64,000 nt of DNA from an uncultured bacterium (GCA_964372875.1 CAYJTB010000004.1:4343-68342), one strand, 5' to 3'. Counted from the first letter of the stretch, positions 8,885-18,595 are shown. A program made the numbers and translations. The notes: generated from the sequence alone by a model not told the origin.

Positions 8885-10165
8885 TTATTGAACAGGATGT
8901 TTGTGTGCGCCGATTAAAAAATCCGCCTGCAAGAAGATCAAATTATCGGTTTTTTCATCACCGCTAGCAGGCTCGAAACGTGAGTATTGAATTTTGAAAT
9001 CTGCAAACTCGCTCTGCCAAAACGTAAAGTAAGGAGAAACACCCGTACTCCTTCGGTGGTCTTTCAACACATCCAAAGGTTCCAGATAGTCAAAGCGAAC
9101 TCCCATACTGAATCTTGGTGAGAGTCTAAAATCTAACAGTGAATAAAATCCCCATGGGTTATCATTGACATGAACCCCATTGCCCCGGTTTTGGAAATAG
9201 ACCTCATTTTGCCATTTGAGCTTTCTTCCTTCAGGAAGGAACCAATCGAAGGCGGCGTCCGCGCCAAAGACTTTCACTCCATACTTATCGGAGCCCTTTG
9301 AATTAACCGTTGCAGGAACCTCATCTCCAAAGAGTGTTGTCCATCCTAATTCCAGATTTGTGTCTTTGGTAGGCTCAAAAAAAGTTTTCAGATGAGTGTT
9401 GAAAATAGGACGTCTGGAAATCCCGGAAAAACTGGGACCGTTGTTACCACGCAATACTTCTCCTGTGATTTCAATCGGAAGATCCCATGGATTGGGAAGG
9501 GTGTTTTGCAAACGCGCGCCCGATGAAGCTAACCCTTCTTCACCAAAGAAATCACGGATGACTAAAGGATAATCCGTAGTGTCAAGCGCATGAAGATGAA
9601 CGAGATTTTGTTTACCGATTTTCGATCGGAATTTTCCGATCTGTCCCGTGAACCCGAGCGGCAGACCCCAGCGTGTGTAATAGGCTTCTTCAATAGCCAC
9701 ATTTTGACTCTCAATGCTGTCGTTGAAGCTGATGATGGCGTCAAGACGAGAGTAAGGATCCACCACCTGGGCAAAATTGAGCTCGAGCTCTCTTAACGCA
9801 ATGGCATCATTTCCTTCCGCATCATTGGAGTTTTGAGTAAGTTTCGTTTGAACGGTTCCTGTTACTCCAATCTCAGGATTCAAACCTGAAGGCCCCGCAA
9901 CAGCCGGCGAACCCGCAGGCATGACCAAAAAGCTTGGTTGGGCCACGGTTTGCCCTGGCTCTTTTTGGAGCGCGGCAATTTGAATCGATTGCTGGCGGAG
10001 GACCTCATTTTGGGCGTGCAGCGAAGATTCCAGGAATTGGACAGTCCTTTTCAATTCATTCATGCTTTCTTGAATGGATTGAAGGCTGGGATCGTTGGCA
10101 TAAAGATTTCGCCAAGACCCCGAAATCATAAAAAGAGAAAACACAACAAGAGACAATCTGCGCAT
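8885..10165 (-). CDS. Exported protein, putatively an outer-membrane beta-barrel with an N-terminal coiled coil.
   Basis: A signal peptide, a coiled-coil stretch (QESMNELKRTVQFLESSLHAQNEVLRQQSIQIAALQ) and a long region of alternating aromatic/polar residues. I recognise no family. Confidence 0.4.
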   Translation of the reverse strand: MRRLSLVVFSLFMISGSWRNLYANDPSLQSIQESMNELKRTVQFLESSLHAQNEVLRQQSIQIAALQKEPGQTVAQPSFLVMPAGSPAVAGPSGLNPEIGVTGTVQTKLTQNSNDAEGNDAIALRELELNFAQVVDPYSRLDAIISFNDSIESQNVAIEEAYYTRWGLPLGFTGQIGKFRSKIGKQNLVHLHALDTTDYPLVIRDFFGEEGLASSGARLQNTLPNPWDLPIEITGEVLRGNNGPSFSGISRRPIFNTHLKTFFEPTKDTNLELGWTTLFGDEVPATVNSKGSDKYGVKVFGADAAFDWFLPEGRKLKWQNEVYFQNRGNGVHVNDNPWGFYSLLDFRLSPRFSMGVRFDYLEPLDVLKDHRRSTGVSPYFTFWQSEFADFKIQYSRFEPASGDEKTDNLIFLQADFLIGAHKHPVQ

Positions 10166-10241
10166 GGTAAGACTCCCTGCCTGCCGGTAGGCAAGCTTTT
10201 CTAGAAATTAAATTTAAGTTAACGAAACGAACAGCGAGAAC

Positions 10242-10532
10242 TTAGGAGCGAAAAGGAGGCGCGCGGCCTTGGAGATTTGAGGGGAGTAAAGCGGAGGTAA
10301 AGCGTTCGGAGAAGGCAGAAAAAAATCTGCCGGACAAAGAGAGATTGCCGATAAAGGCAACAATAATTGCCACGAAAACCGACATGATTTGCTGGACAAG
10401 CCGGCAGACGGGGCAATCGGAGTGGTGTGCATTGTCTTCGTGATGATGAAACAAAAGAAGAAAAAAACTTGCGAGGAGGAAAAAGGCGGTCAAGACTGCA
10501 AAAAGCTTTTGGTTTTCTAAAATTTTCATCAT
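10242..10532 (-). CDS. Small membrane-anchored His/Cys-rich protein (HHHEDNAHHSDCPVC), possibly metal binding.
   Basis: One TM helix followed by an HHH...HH...CPxC motif. It sits next to the exported protein and the metal ABC transporter genes. Confidence 0.3.
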   Translation of the reverse strand: MMKILENQKLFAVLTAFFLLASFFLLLFHHHEDNAHHSDCPVCRLVQQIMSVFVAIIVAFIGNLSLSGRFFSAFSERFTSALLPSNLQGRAPPFRS

Positions 10533-10541
10533 CTCATTTTT

Positions 10542-11480
10542 TTAAACCGTGACCGACTGTTTCTGGCGCGGCAAAAGATAATTCCGAACATAATCTATAA
10601 TGCCCGCTCGGGTGGTGTATTTGACCACAAACCCTATTTCACGGCGGGTGTGGGTCATGTCAGCTTGTGTGAAATTCTGGTAGAAAGCGTAAGGATTGTC
10701 AAAATAGTCCGGATCGTAATGTGTGCCCAGGGCTTCGTTGATGGCCTCAATGACTTCATTGAAGGAAGTGGCTTGGCCTGTGCCGATATTGAGAACCGCG
10801 TTTCGTTTCGCTTCAAGCGCGCGCAAGGTTCCCGCCACGGCGTCTTTAACATAAATAAAATCCCGGCGCTGTTCGCCCCATTTGAAAATGCGCGGTCGTT
10901 TGCCCGCCAACATCTGTTGCGCCAGTTGATAAATCATGCTGGCCGCTGCGCCCTTAAACCATTCCCCCGGGCCGAAAACATTAAAATAACGCACCCCGCT
11001 TATTTTTAATTTCCCTTCGTAGGTCCGGGCAAGCTGATCCATGACCCATTTTGAAAAACCGTAAACGTTATTAGGTCTGCCCGCATCTTCTTCCTTCATA
11101 GGCGCATCTTGACTTCCGTAAACGCCGGCCGAGGAGGCGTAAACAATCTGGGCATTTTTTGCGAGCGCAAGTCCGATCACATTACGGAATCCCTCGACAT
11201 TATCAAACATCATTTTCTTTTCATCTAAAATCGTAGTGTCCGTAATCGAGGCGAGATGAAAAATGGTATCCACGGGGCGGTCTTCAAAAACATCGAGCCA
11301 TTCCTTTTGAGCTACATCAAAGGCCAGCACCTCGCCTTTAAACCCTAAGAGATTTTTGAAACTGGAACCACGGAAGTCATCGACCGCTACAATGCGGGTG
11401 TCAGGATAGGAATTTTGGATTTCCAAGGCAAGGTTAGAGCCAATAAAACCGGCGCCGCCGGTGATGAGGACGTTCTTCAT
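10542..11480 (-). CDS. hldD: ADP-L-glycero-D-manno-heptose 6-epimerase.
   Basis: N-terminal ITGGAGFIGSNL Rossmann motif, YGFSKW (YxxxK) catalytic motif and a C-terminal YQNFTQADMT block matching the HldD YQAFTQADLT motif. Confidence 0.85.
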   Translation of the reverse strand: MKNVLITGGAGFIGSNLALEIQNSYPDTRIVAVDDFRGSSFKNLLGFKGEVLAFDVAQKEWLDVFEDRPVDTIFHLASITDTTILDEKKMMFDNVEGFRNVIGLALAKNAQIVYASSAGVYGSQDAPMKEEDAGRPNNVYGFSKWVMDQLARTYEGKLKISGVRYFNVFGPGEWFKGAAASMIYQLAQQMLAGKRPRIFKWGEQRRDFIYVKDAVAGTLRALEAKRNAVLNIGTGQATSFNEVIEAINEALGTHYDPDYFDNPYAFYQNFTQADMTHTRREIGFVVKYTTRAGIIDYVRNYLLPRQKQSVTV

Positions 11481-11502
11481 GGCACGGTCAAGGGGGGAGG
11501 TA

Positions 11503-12684
11503 TTAGGTAGGGACGCGATTTATCGCGCCCTGTGTGAGAAGGGCGCCGTGAATGGCGCCCCTGCGTTTTTTTGTGTTCGCAATGACACTTAGTTTTTCAA
11601 GCTGGTCGTCTTTCCATTTGAATTGGAGTCTTGGCCGGTCCTTGTAGAGCTTTTTCTGGAGGGCATAACTGGTAAGAAGAGGAAGGGAAATACTGGGTTC
11701 CACAAAGGCCATGGCGTAATTAGCCTTCTTATTTACTTTTCCCCAGGAACGGGCTTCGGAGAGCGTGCTTCCGCTAAGACCGCCCCAATGAGGGGCATCG
11801 GTCGTCACTTGGATTGCGTATTTATGACCACCGGTGTCCAGCCCAAAGATGTAGCTCATCACCACCGAGTCATTGATGTAGTTCTTAGGTACGCCGCCTG
11901 CGATATAAATCGCCGAAGTGCGTTTTGATTTCACCACGATTTGAGTGAGTTCGTAATTATCGCGGATCGAATCGATCGCAATCTTGGGCCGGCCGACTTT
12001 CCTGGCGACATAATAATGTTCGGTCAATCCGATCCCGATGGAGGAGTCATTGATTGCGGGGCAGAAAATAGGAACACCTTTTTTACGGGCAGTCACAAGA
12101 ATCGAATTTTCATCTTGGATCGTTTCGCTTAAAAGAGAAACAAATTCACGGCTTGAGTAGTTGCGGGGTTCGAGTGTATCGGCGAAACGGGCGATCGAAG
12201 TATCAAATTCTTGGAATTTTTCTTCATCGACATACGTATCATAAATCCGGTCAATCAAAAGATCGCGGAGTTGGGCATCATCGGCATCCGGGGTTCCCAT
12301 CGCATGAATGCCGCCTTTAGCCGCATAATAATCCTGATAAAGGATGGCGCCGGTGGAGACCACAACGTCGACCATATTGTAATGAATAAGATCGCGAATA
12401 ACTTTTCGGAGACCCGCGGCAATCAAGGGTCCGGCAAGGCCTAAGAGGATCGTGGGCCGCTCTTCGTCGGTGAGCATCCGGCCAAAGACCTGAGCCGCTT
12501 GGCCCAGATTGCGCGCTTGGATGGAGGCATCCGCATATTGGTCTAAAAGGCCGGCAACATTTTTAGTTTTTTCTAAATCAATTTGGCGGATAGGGGATGA
12601 AAGAAACTCGCGTTTCTTTTTTTTCATCTCAGGATCGCGGACCCGTTGAAAGCGCCAGTCGCTGTAATTTTTTGCCTGTTCCAC
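11503..12684 (-). CDS. Deoxyhypusine synthase family protein (DHS-like, possibly homospermidine-synthase-like).
   Basis: GGVPKN and APHWGGLSGSTLSEARSWGK motifs typical of the deoxyhypusine synthase fold. Confidence 0.6.
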   Translation of the reverse strand: MEQAKNYSDWRFQRVRDPEMKKKKREFLSSPIRQIDLEKTKNVAGLLDQYADASIQARNLGQAAQVFGRMLTDEERPTILLGLAGPLIAAGLRKVIRDLIHYNMVDVVVSTGAILYQDYYAAKGGIHAMGTPDADDAQLRDLLIDRIYDTYVDEEKFQEFDTSIARFADTLEPRNYSSREFVSLLSETIQDENSILVTARKKGVPIFCPAINDSSIGIGLTEHYYVARKVGRPKIAIDSIRDNYELTQIVVKSKRTSAIYIAGGVPKNYINDSVVMSYIFGLDTGGHKYAIQVTTDAPHWGGLSGSTLSEARSWGKVNKKANYAMAFVEPSISLPLLTSYALQKKLYKDRPRLQFKWKDDQLEKLSVIANTKKRRGAIHGALLTQGAINRVPT

Positions 12685-12795
12685 GCGTATATGCTACGGA
12701 AATTTTAGGAATGTGCAAGAAAAAGTAATCAATATGAGAAGGGTCCTTGCCGTAGTAGTCAAAAACCCTTAAGATTAGAAAAATTAAAAGGACAC

Positions 12796-13107
12796 GTGAA
12801 TTTTAAGAAAATCTATCTCGTCCTCATTTTAGCATCGCTATTTTTTGCTGTTTCGAGTTCTAATCTTTATGCAAATGATGGCACCAATTTCGCTTACATC
12901 GGGCGCGGTTTTTTCCGGATTCTAACGGCGGTCTTCGAGTTGCCCAAGCACGTGATAGAAAAAACCTTAACGGAACCTCTGATTGTAGGAACCGTAGACG
13001 GTGCTGTAAGCGGTACGGTTTATGCGGTCTCTGCGGTGGCAAAAGGCACACTTGATATCGCCCGAGGCGTGGCCCCTTATGCCAAATACATGGTTTTTTT
13101 CATATAA
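12796..13107 (+). CDS. Small secreted protein, one member of a paralogous pair (the other is 17795..18307).
   Basis: Signal peptide. It shares a GRGffrIlT...H..E......PIVGT..G..SG......A..G.LD core with the other protein. Confidence 0.4.
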   Translation: MNFKKIYLVLILASLFFAVSSSNLYANDGTNFAYIGRGFFRILTAVFELPKHVIEKTLTEPLIVGTVDGAVSGTVYAVSAVAKGTLDIARGVAPYAKYMVFFI

Positions 13108-13114
13108 TACAGCT

Positions 13115-13666
13115 GTGAAAAAGTGTCTGATTTTTTTAGCCGCCGTCGCTTTGGTCCTGAGTTCTTGTCACACGACGCCCTCTGTTTATAAAAAGGCGCG
13201 GCTTGATCCCCTCAACGAATGGCTTTACCGGAGTCCCCAACCTCAAGAGGAAGATTTTTCCCTCATGAAATCAAAGGGGATTCGCACGGTGGTCAATTTT
13301 CGCCAGGAAGGCGGGAAGATCGATTGGGAAAAGGAAAAGGTTGAAGCGTTGGGAATGAATTATGTCAGCCTTCCTTGGACCATCAGGAGGCCGGTTCAGC
13401 CCGAACTCCTCGATGAATTTTTTAAAGTTTTAGATGATCCGAAAAATCGTCCGGTACTTTTTCATTGTAAACACGGACGCGACCGCAGCGGCGTGATGTC
13501 GGTTCTGGCGTTGATGCACTATGAAAAAATGCCGGAAGAGGATGCCCGAAGGCTTGCCTTTAAGAAAGTCCCGCCCCATTGGCGGTATCGGCCTTTTGTG
13601 AATCAAAAGATTAAATTTTTAATCCAGTCCCGGCCGGAACGCTTCAGCGAATCCGCTTCCGGGTGA
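13115..13666 (+). CDS. Lipoprotein with protein-tyrosine / dual-specificity phosphatase fold (CX5R).
   Basis: HCKHGRDRSG P-loop. The likely start is GTG at 13115, which gives a lipobox signal peptide (MKKCLIFLAAVALVLSSC). The longer tool ORF from 13022 overlaps the upstream gene. Confidence 0.6.
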   Translation: MKKCLIFLAAVALVLSSCHTTPSVYKKARLDPLNEWLYRSPQPQEEDFSLMKSKGIRTVVNFRQEGGKIDWEKEKVEALGMNYVSLPWTIRRPVQPELLDEFFKVLDDPKNRPVLFHCKHGRDRSGVMSVLALMHYEKMPEEDARRLAFKKVPPHWRYRPFVNQKIKFLIQSRPERFSESASG

Positions 13667-14003
13667 TCAAAACCCCCACATTCCTGGAGTTTCGGATGGC
13701 GCCGGGCTTGGAGATGCGGACGGTGATTTCGGAGAGTTTAAAATTCTTCAGGCAGAGTTGGGCGATGAATTCTGCCAGCGATTCCACCAATTGAAAACGG
13801 GTTTGAGGAATTTCTTTTAGCAGAAGCTTGGCGATGGCTTTATAATTGATGGTGTTTTTAATCCGGTCACGGCGAGAAGCTTTTTTTATGTCCACGGGAA
13901 ATTCAAGGTCGATTAGAATCTTTTGTTTTACTTTTCGCTCCCAATCAAAAATACCGATGAGGCAGCGCGTTTCTAAACCTTCGATGAAGATGCGGTCTTT
14001 CAT
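13644..14003 (-). CDS. folB: Dihydroneopterin aldolase.
   Basis: Length of 119 aa and an N-terminal IFIEGLETRCLIGIFDWER block characteristic of FolB. Confidence 0.75.
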   Translation of the reverse strand: MKDRIFIEGLETRCLIGIFDWERKVKQKILIDLEFPVDIKKASRRDRIKNTINYKAIAKLLLKEIPQTRFQLVESLAEFIAQLCLKNFKLSEITVRISKPGAIRNSRNVGVLITRKRIR

Positions 14004-14029
14004 TTTTTAGACGTAATATAACATAAGAT

Positions 14030-15088
14030 ATGACACTTCAAAAATTTGCTGACTCAAAAAATGATGCACAAGAGGAACCGCCCTGTCCTTATTACGGAAG
14101 CTGCGGCGGTTGTGTGTACCAGCACCTTTCTTATGAGGAAGAGCTCCGGGTTAAAGAAAGAGATCTTACGGAACTTCTTAGCAAATTAAAAATTCCTGAA
14201 AATATTTTTTCTCCCATCGTGGCATCACCCAAGCCTTATTTTTACCGCTCACGGCTTGACCTTTCTTTTCAGAGAACCCGGCAGGGTTTTACGCTGGGTT
14301 TTATGGGAGAGGGAACAACACGTCTAGTCTCGATCGATTCTTGTGCCATCGCGCGGCCTGAGATAAGCGCTTTTCTTCCCCGGTTGCGCGAACTTGCGGC
14401 CGAAAAACTCCCCGCAAAATATAAAAGTGCGAACCTTGTCATTAAAACAGGCGAGGGCGGTTCCGTTCATTGGGGAGGAATAGGGCGCCGTTCTCTGAGA
14501 TTGACGGAACCCGATTATTTTTGGACCGAAATCGAAGGTAAAAGGATTTATTACTCACTCGATACTTTTTTCCAAGCCAATCTTGGAATCCTGCCTCTTC
14601 TTATGAAAGACCTGCGGTCATTGCTGGGACTTACCCCCGAAACTTATCTCCTTGATCTTTATTCTGGCGTCGGACTTTTTTGGACGGTGTTTGCCCCTGA
14701 AGCTAAAGGAGTTTGGGCCGTAGAAGAGAACCGGGCGGCAGTTCCGATTGCTGATCTTAACCGGAGGTATAACGGACTTGCGCAGGTAACACTTAAAGAT
14801 GCGCGAACGGAAGATTGTCTTGATGAAATTTTGTCAGGGCTTGGGGATCACCGGGTCGCGGCCATCGTCGATCCCCCCAGAAAAGGTCTCACGCCCGATG
14901 CACTTCAAAAACTTATTCAGGCCAAAAATCTGGACCCCCTCATTTATATCTCATGCAACAAGGAAGCCTTGGCCGGGGACTTAGAAGAATTTTTGAAATC
15001 GGGATGGCAGGCCGATCGGGTGATTCCTTATGATTTCTTTCCGCGGACCAAACACCTTGAGACGATCGTGAAATTAACCCATGTCTAA
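14030..15088 (+). CDS. Class I SAM-dependent RNA (uracil-5-)-methyltransferase of the RumA/TrmA family.
   Basis: An N-terminal Cys cluster (CPYYGSCGGCVYQH) for Fe-S binding, the SAM motif LDLYSGVGLF, and C-terminal catalytic Cys region. It overlaps mgtE by 8 nt. Confidence 0.7.
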   Translation: MTLQKFADSKNDAQEEPPCPYYGSCGGCVYQHLSYEEELRVKERDLTELLSKLKIPENIFSPIVASPKPYFYRSRLDLSFQRTRQGFTLGFMGEGTTRLVSIDSCAIARPEISAFLPRLRELAAEKLPAKYKSANLVIKTGEGGSVHWGGIGRRSLRLTEPDYFWTEIEGKRIYYSLDTFFQANLGILPLLMKDLRSLLGLTPETYLLDLYSGVGLFWTVFAPEAKGVWAVEENRAAVPIADLNRRYNGLAQVTLKDARTEDCLDEILSGLGDHRVAAIVDPPRKGLTPDALQKLIQAKNLDPLIYISCNKEALAGDLEEFLKSGWQADRVIPYDFFPRTKHLETIVKLTHV

Positions 15089-16388
15089 ACTTCGCGCATC
15101 CAACATTTTAGTAAAAACATTTTTTGAAAAGCACCCAGCCGAGGCGGCGCGTGCGCTTGAGGCATTACCTCAAGATGAAGCCCGGGCAATTTTGCTGGCG
15201 CTTCCCACGGAATCGGCCTGCCAGACCATTGAGTTTCTCAATCCTCACATCGCGTCTTTAATTTTTGAAGACTTAAGTCCCGAACAGGCCAAGCCTTTTT
15301 TGGAAAGAGTATCTCCCAAAAAAATGACGGATATTCTTTTAGATGTCCCGCAGGAAAAACGGTCGGAATTTCTTAAGATCATCAACTCGTCTGAAGCAAG
15401 GGTTTTGGAGGCCCTTCTCACTTATCCTCCCGAGGCCGCCGGGGGGATGATGACTCCCGGTGTCATTTCAGTACATAGTGATTTGTCCGTGAGCGAGGCC
15501 ATTCAGACGATCCGGACCACCAGCAAAAAGAAATCACTTTATTATGTTTATGTCACCGATAGTGAAAATCATCTCCAGGGGGTGTTAGGGATGCGGGACC
15601 TCATTTTATCAAGCCCTCAGACCGCCATCGAGTCCATTATGGTGAAAGATGTGGTCTCAGTCCCGGCCGACATGGACCGCGAAGAAGTCATTAAACTCGC
15701 CACCAAACACCGCTATCTTGCGATCCCGGTGGTCGATCCGGACCGCAGGCTCTTGGGTCTGATTCATTCTGAGGATTTAATTAAGGCGGCCGAGGAAGAG
15801 GCCTCTGAGGACATGCAAAAAATGTTCGGAGCAGGCGGCGATGAGGAAGCCACTTCTCCGGTTCATTTTGCGATCAGGAAAAGATTGCCTTGGCTTTATG
15901 TGAACCTTGCCACTGCCTTTCTAGCGGCCGGTGTTGTCGGGCTTTTTGAAAATACGATCGCAAAGATCACTGCGCTGGCAGTTTTTATGCCGGTGGTAGC
16001 CGGTCAGGGAGGAAACGCGGGCGCGCAAACTCTGGCGGTAGTGATTCGGGGTCTGGCCTTGGGTGAAGTCGAAAAAAGTATGGTAGCAAAGGTGATGTGG
16101 AAAGAAAGCTGGCTCGGAATCTTTAATGGAGTTTTCATTGGCATTGTGACGGCCTTAGTCGGTTATCTTTGGATAAAAAATCCCTATTTTGGATTCGTGA
16201 TCGGACTTGCCATGATCATCAATATGATTGTGGCCTGCGTGGCCGGGGCGGCAATTCCCATTCTCATGAAGGCCTCAGGCAAAGATCCCGCTCAATCTTC
16301 TTCCATTATTTTGACCACCTTCACCGACATTATCGGTTTCTTTTCCTTTCTCGGCCTCGCCACCCTCTTCAGCCGTTTTCTGATTTAA
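15081..16388 (+). CDS. mgtE: Magnesium transporter MgtE.
   Basis: An N-terminal MgtE_N domain, tandem CBS domains and a C-terminal five-TM MgtE channel domain. Confidence 0.9.
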   Translation: MSKLRASNILVKTFFEKHPAEAARALEALPQDEARAILLALPTESACQTIEFLNPHIASLIFEDLSPEQAKPFLERVSPKKMTDILLDVPQEKRSEFLKIINSSEARVLEALLTYPPEAAGGMMTPGVISVHSDLSVSEAIQTIRTTSKKKSLYYVYVTDSENHLQGVLGMRDLILSSPQTAIESIMVKDVVSVPADMDREEVIKLATKHRYLAIPVVDPDRRLLGLIHSEDLIKAAEEEASEDMQKMFGAGGDEEATSPVHFAIRKRLPWLYVNLATAFLAAGVVGLFENTIAKITALAVFMPVVAGQGGNAGAQTLAVVIRGLALGEVEKSMVAKVMWKESWLGIFNGVFIGIVTALVGYLWIKNPYFGFVIGLAMIINMIVACVAGAAIPILMKASGKDPAQSSSIILTTFTDIIGFFSFLGLATLFSRFLI

Positions 16389-16766
16389 ACTTAAGCAATT
16401 TCCATCCGCTGTAGTACACAGTCTCGTCGCCACTCGTAACGCCCCGGCGCGGCGTTCCTCGTTCGTGCGTCAGGTCTCGCTCTCCGCCAAAACGCGTGGC
16501 GGATCCCTGCCCGCTCAGCCTTCCGAACGCGCCTCGACTGGTCCTTCCGCGGATGGAGATTATTTTAATAAGCAGAATCTCCTGGCCGGAGTGGACGTTG
16601 GGCCGTCTCGGAAAAATTACCCTATGTTTTCTCACCTGTTATATGTCGGCCGAGCGCCCGATGCAGGCGGTCCCCTTCATTAATGTTTATTTTCAAGGAT
16701 CGGGACAGCCCCCTTGTGGGGCGGAGATTCTGCGCAAAAAAAGGCATTTTGATATAATGACGTTCA

Positions 16767-17123
16767 ATGCCGGCAAAACCGTCTAAGAAATTAGATACTT
16801 TTCCTAATCCAAGTTCCCATCGGGACTACGAAATTTCCTTTGAATGTCCGGAATTCACGTGCGTCTGCCCAAAAACCGGTCAGCCGGATTTTGCAACCCT
16901 CCGTATTCGTTATGTCCCAGATAAGCTTTGTGTGGAATTAAAAAGCCTCAAACTTTACCTTTGGTCTTTCCGTAACGAAGGCCATTTTCATGAAAAGGTG
17001 ACCAATCTGATCCTCGACGATTTGGTAAAAACGATCCGGCCTAGGCGGATGTCGATTGAAGGAGATTTTTATGTGCGGGGCGGGATCCACACCGTGGTTC
17101 GGGCCTCTTATGAAAAAAAGTAA
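16767..17123 (+). CDS. queF: NADPH-dependent 7-cyano-7-deazaguanine reductase (short, YkvM type).
   Basis: [25 protein letters not shown] and [18 protein letters not shown] motifs. An in-frame TGA at 16758 confirms the start. Confidence 0.85.
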   Translation: MPAKPSKKLDTFPNPSSHRDYEISFECPEFTCVCPKTGQPDFATLRIRYVPDKLCVELKSLKLYLWSFRNEGHFHEKVTNLILDDLVKTIRPRRMSIEGDFYVRGGIHTVVRASYEKK

Positions 17124-17241
17124 GGCCGAGTGGTTGTCAGTTGTGGAGATACGGTCATTGATAACCGCCCTTTCACAGTGACCGGGCCTTCAATTACTTC
17201 GATCGATTCCGATACAAAGTAAAAAATTAGCGGAGATAAAA

Positions 17242-17805
17242 ATGGATGAAAAGATAATAAGGGAAGAACTCTTAAAAATTGTCAAAGAGAAGGCTTTTCA
17301 AAAAGGGGATTACACTTTATCAAGCGGAAAAAAATCCAGTTACTATTTCGATGGTAAACAAGTGACGCTTCATCCGCAAGGGATCCTTCTTCTGGGGAAG
17401 ACGATATTGGCGATGCTTCAAGGGGTTACGGCAGATGCGATAGGAGGACCCACGCTTGGGGCCGACCCCATTGCAGCGGCCGTCGCGCTTTTAAGTTCAC
17501 AGACCGGCCGGCCCTTAAAGGCCTTTATTGTCCGGAAAGAAGAGAAAAAACACGGGACTCAAAAAAGAATCGAGGGTCCCAAGCTTGAAAAGGGTGAGCG
17601 GGTAGTCGTGGTGGAGGATGTGATTACCAGCGGCAAATCAGTCATGCAAGCGATCGGTGAAATCGAAAAATTAGGCTGCCGCGTGGTGAAAATAATCTGC
17701 TTGGTAGACCGGGAAGAAGGGGCGGGCCAACTTCTCAGCCCTTACAATTTTTCCCCGATTTTTACGAAAACTGAACTAGAAACTTCCGCCCGTCTTACTT
17801 CCTGA
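17242..17805 (+). CDS. pyrE: Orotate phosphoribosyltransferase.
   Basis: PRPP-binding motif VVVVEDVITSGKS and type I PRTase fold length. Confidence 0.85.
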   Translation: MDEKIIREELLKIVKEKAFQKGDYTLSSGKKSSYYFDGKQVTLHPQGILLLGKTILAMLQGVTADAIGGPTLGADPIAAAVALLSSQTGRPLKAFIVRKEEKKHGTQKRIEGPKLEKGERVVVVEDVITSGKSVMQAIGEIEKLGCRVVKIICLVDREEGAGQLLSPYNFSPIFTKTELETSARLTS

Positions 17806-18307
17806 CGTAATCCAGCGTATCGTGTTTTGCGGGCGCGGCAGACTTTGTGTAGTCTTCCGCATGATGCGTCGCAGGAGCGGGCTCGGGTTCTGAAACAACT
17901 TGACCTGTAGTATCTTGAGGAACCGCCAATTCGCCTTCTTCAAACTCCAAACAATTGGAATAGGAACGAGCCACGGGAAAACCATTAAAGCCTGGGACCC
18001 AAAACGTAACAACGTCCAAGGCGCCTGAGGTAAGACGTAGCGCGGTGCAGCCAAGACCACTACCCACACCTGTGAGCGTACCTACAATCGGCGGCCCGAC
18101 TTTTGAACCTTCTACCGTATGAACGATGATGTCTACAAAGGAGGTAACGATATTCAAAAGACCCCGTCCTAACATCCCCCCAAATTTAGTTCCGTAAACA
18201 GGAGAATTGGCAGCGCGCCAAACATCGTCAACTGAATCTTTTGCCCAGACCGAAGGAACCAACAATAAGGAAAGAATAAGTAAAAGCGCGATCTTTTTCA
18301 TCGACAT
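17795..18307 (-). CDS. Secreted protein, paralogous to 12796..13107.
   Basis: Signal peptide MSMKKIALLLILSLLLVPSVWA. It shares a core with the other small secreted protein and has a Pro/Glu-rich acidic C-terminal tail. Confidence 0.4.
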   Translation of the reverse strand: MSMKKIALLLILSLLLVPSVWAKDSVDDVWRAANSPVYGTKFGGMLGRGLLNIVTSFVDIIVHTVEGSKVGPPIVGTLTGVGSGLGCTALRLTSGALDVVTFWVPGFNGFPVARSYSNCLEFEEGELAVPQDTTGQVVSEPEPAPATHHAEDYTKSAAPAKHDTLDYVRK

Positions 18308-18477
18308 GCTCCTTGTTTTTTAACTTGTGACAGTGACGTTAGAAAGAGTCAATAAAACCCCTTCATTATACTGAAGCTTCTTAAATTATCCATGATTTTT
18401 TAGCATGCGTTTTAGTCGATCTTTAAGGACCATTTAACCTCTCTCTATCTAGTATTAATAACAATTTATAGCAATAG

Positions 18478-18506
18478 TTGACAAATATATACTATTGTGC
18501 TATTTT
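18478..18506 (+). promoter_or_regulatory. Sigma70-like promoter (TTGACA, 17-nt spacer, TATTTT) in the AT-rich spacer ahead of the HTH and NusG-like genes.
   Basis: TTGACAaatatatactattgtgcTATTTT. The surrounding roughly 290 nt are strongly AT-rich compared with flanking DNA. Confidence 0.35.
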
Positions 18507-18595
18507 TTGCTAGGGATTTCAACAATTTGAACTCATTTGAGTCAAGTTGAGATCAATAAAGATCACGCAAGTTAGCGAAAGGAGATATATAAATC

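Noticed and set aside
16389-16766. Attempted to assign the mgtE-queF spacer to SRP RNA, RNase P RNA, tmRNA or a preQ1-I riboswitch.
   Set aside because: A GUCAGGUC stretch partly resembles the SRP domain IV motif, but the GGAAGCAGC portion is absent. The RNase P P4 consensus, the tmRNA 5'/3' ends and a tag ORF are all absent. The A-rich segment before queF does not follow a P1 stem and loop of preQ1-I geometry. The region is kept only as an unassigned structured region.
17137-17200. A PyrR-binding attenuator upstream of pyrE.
   Set aside because: The hairpin present lacks the PyrR loop consensus (ARUCCAGAGAGGCU). It more likely represents a queF 3' hairpin or a degenerate palindromic element.
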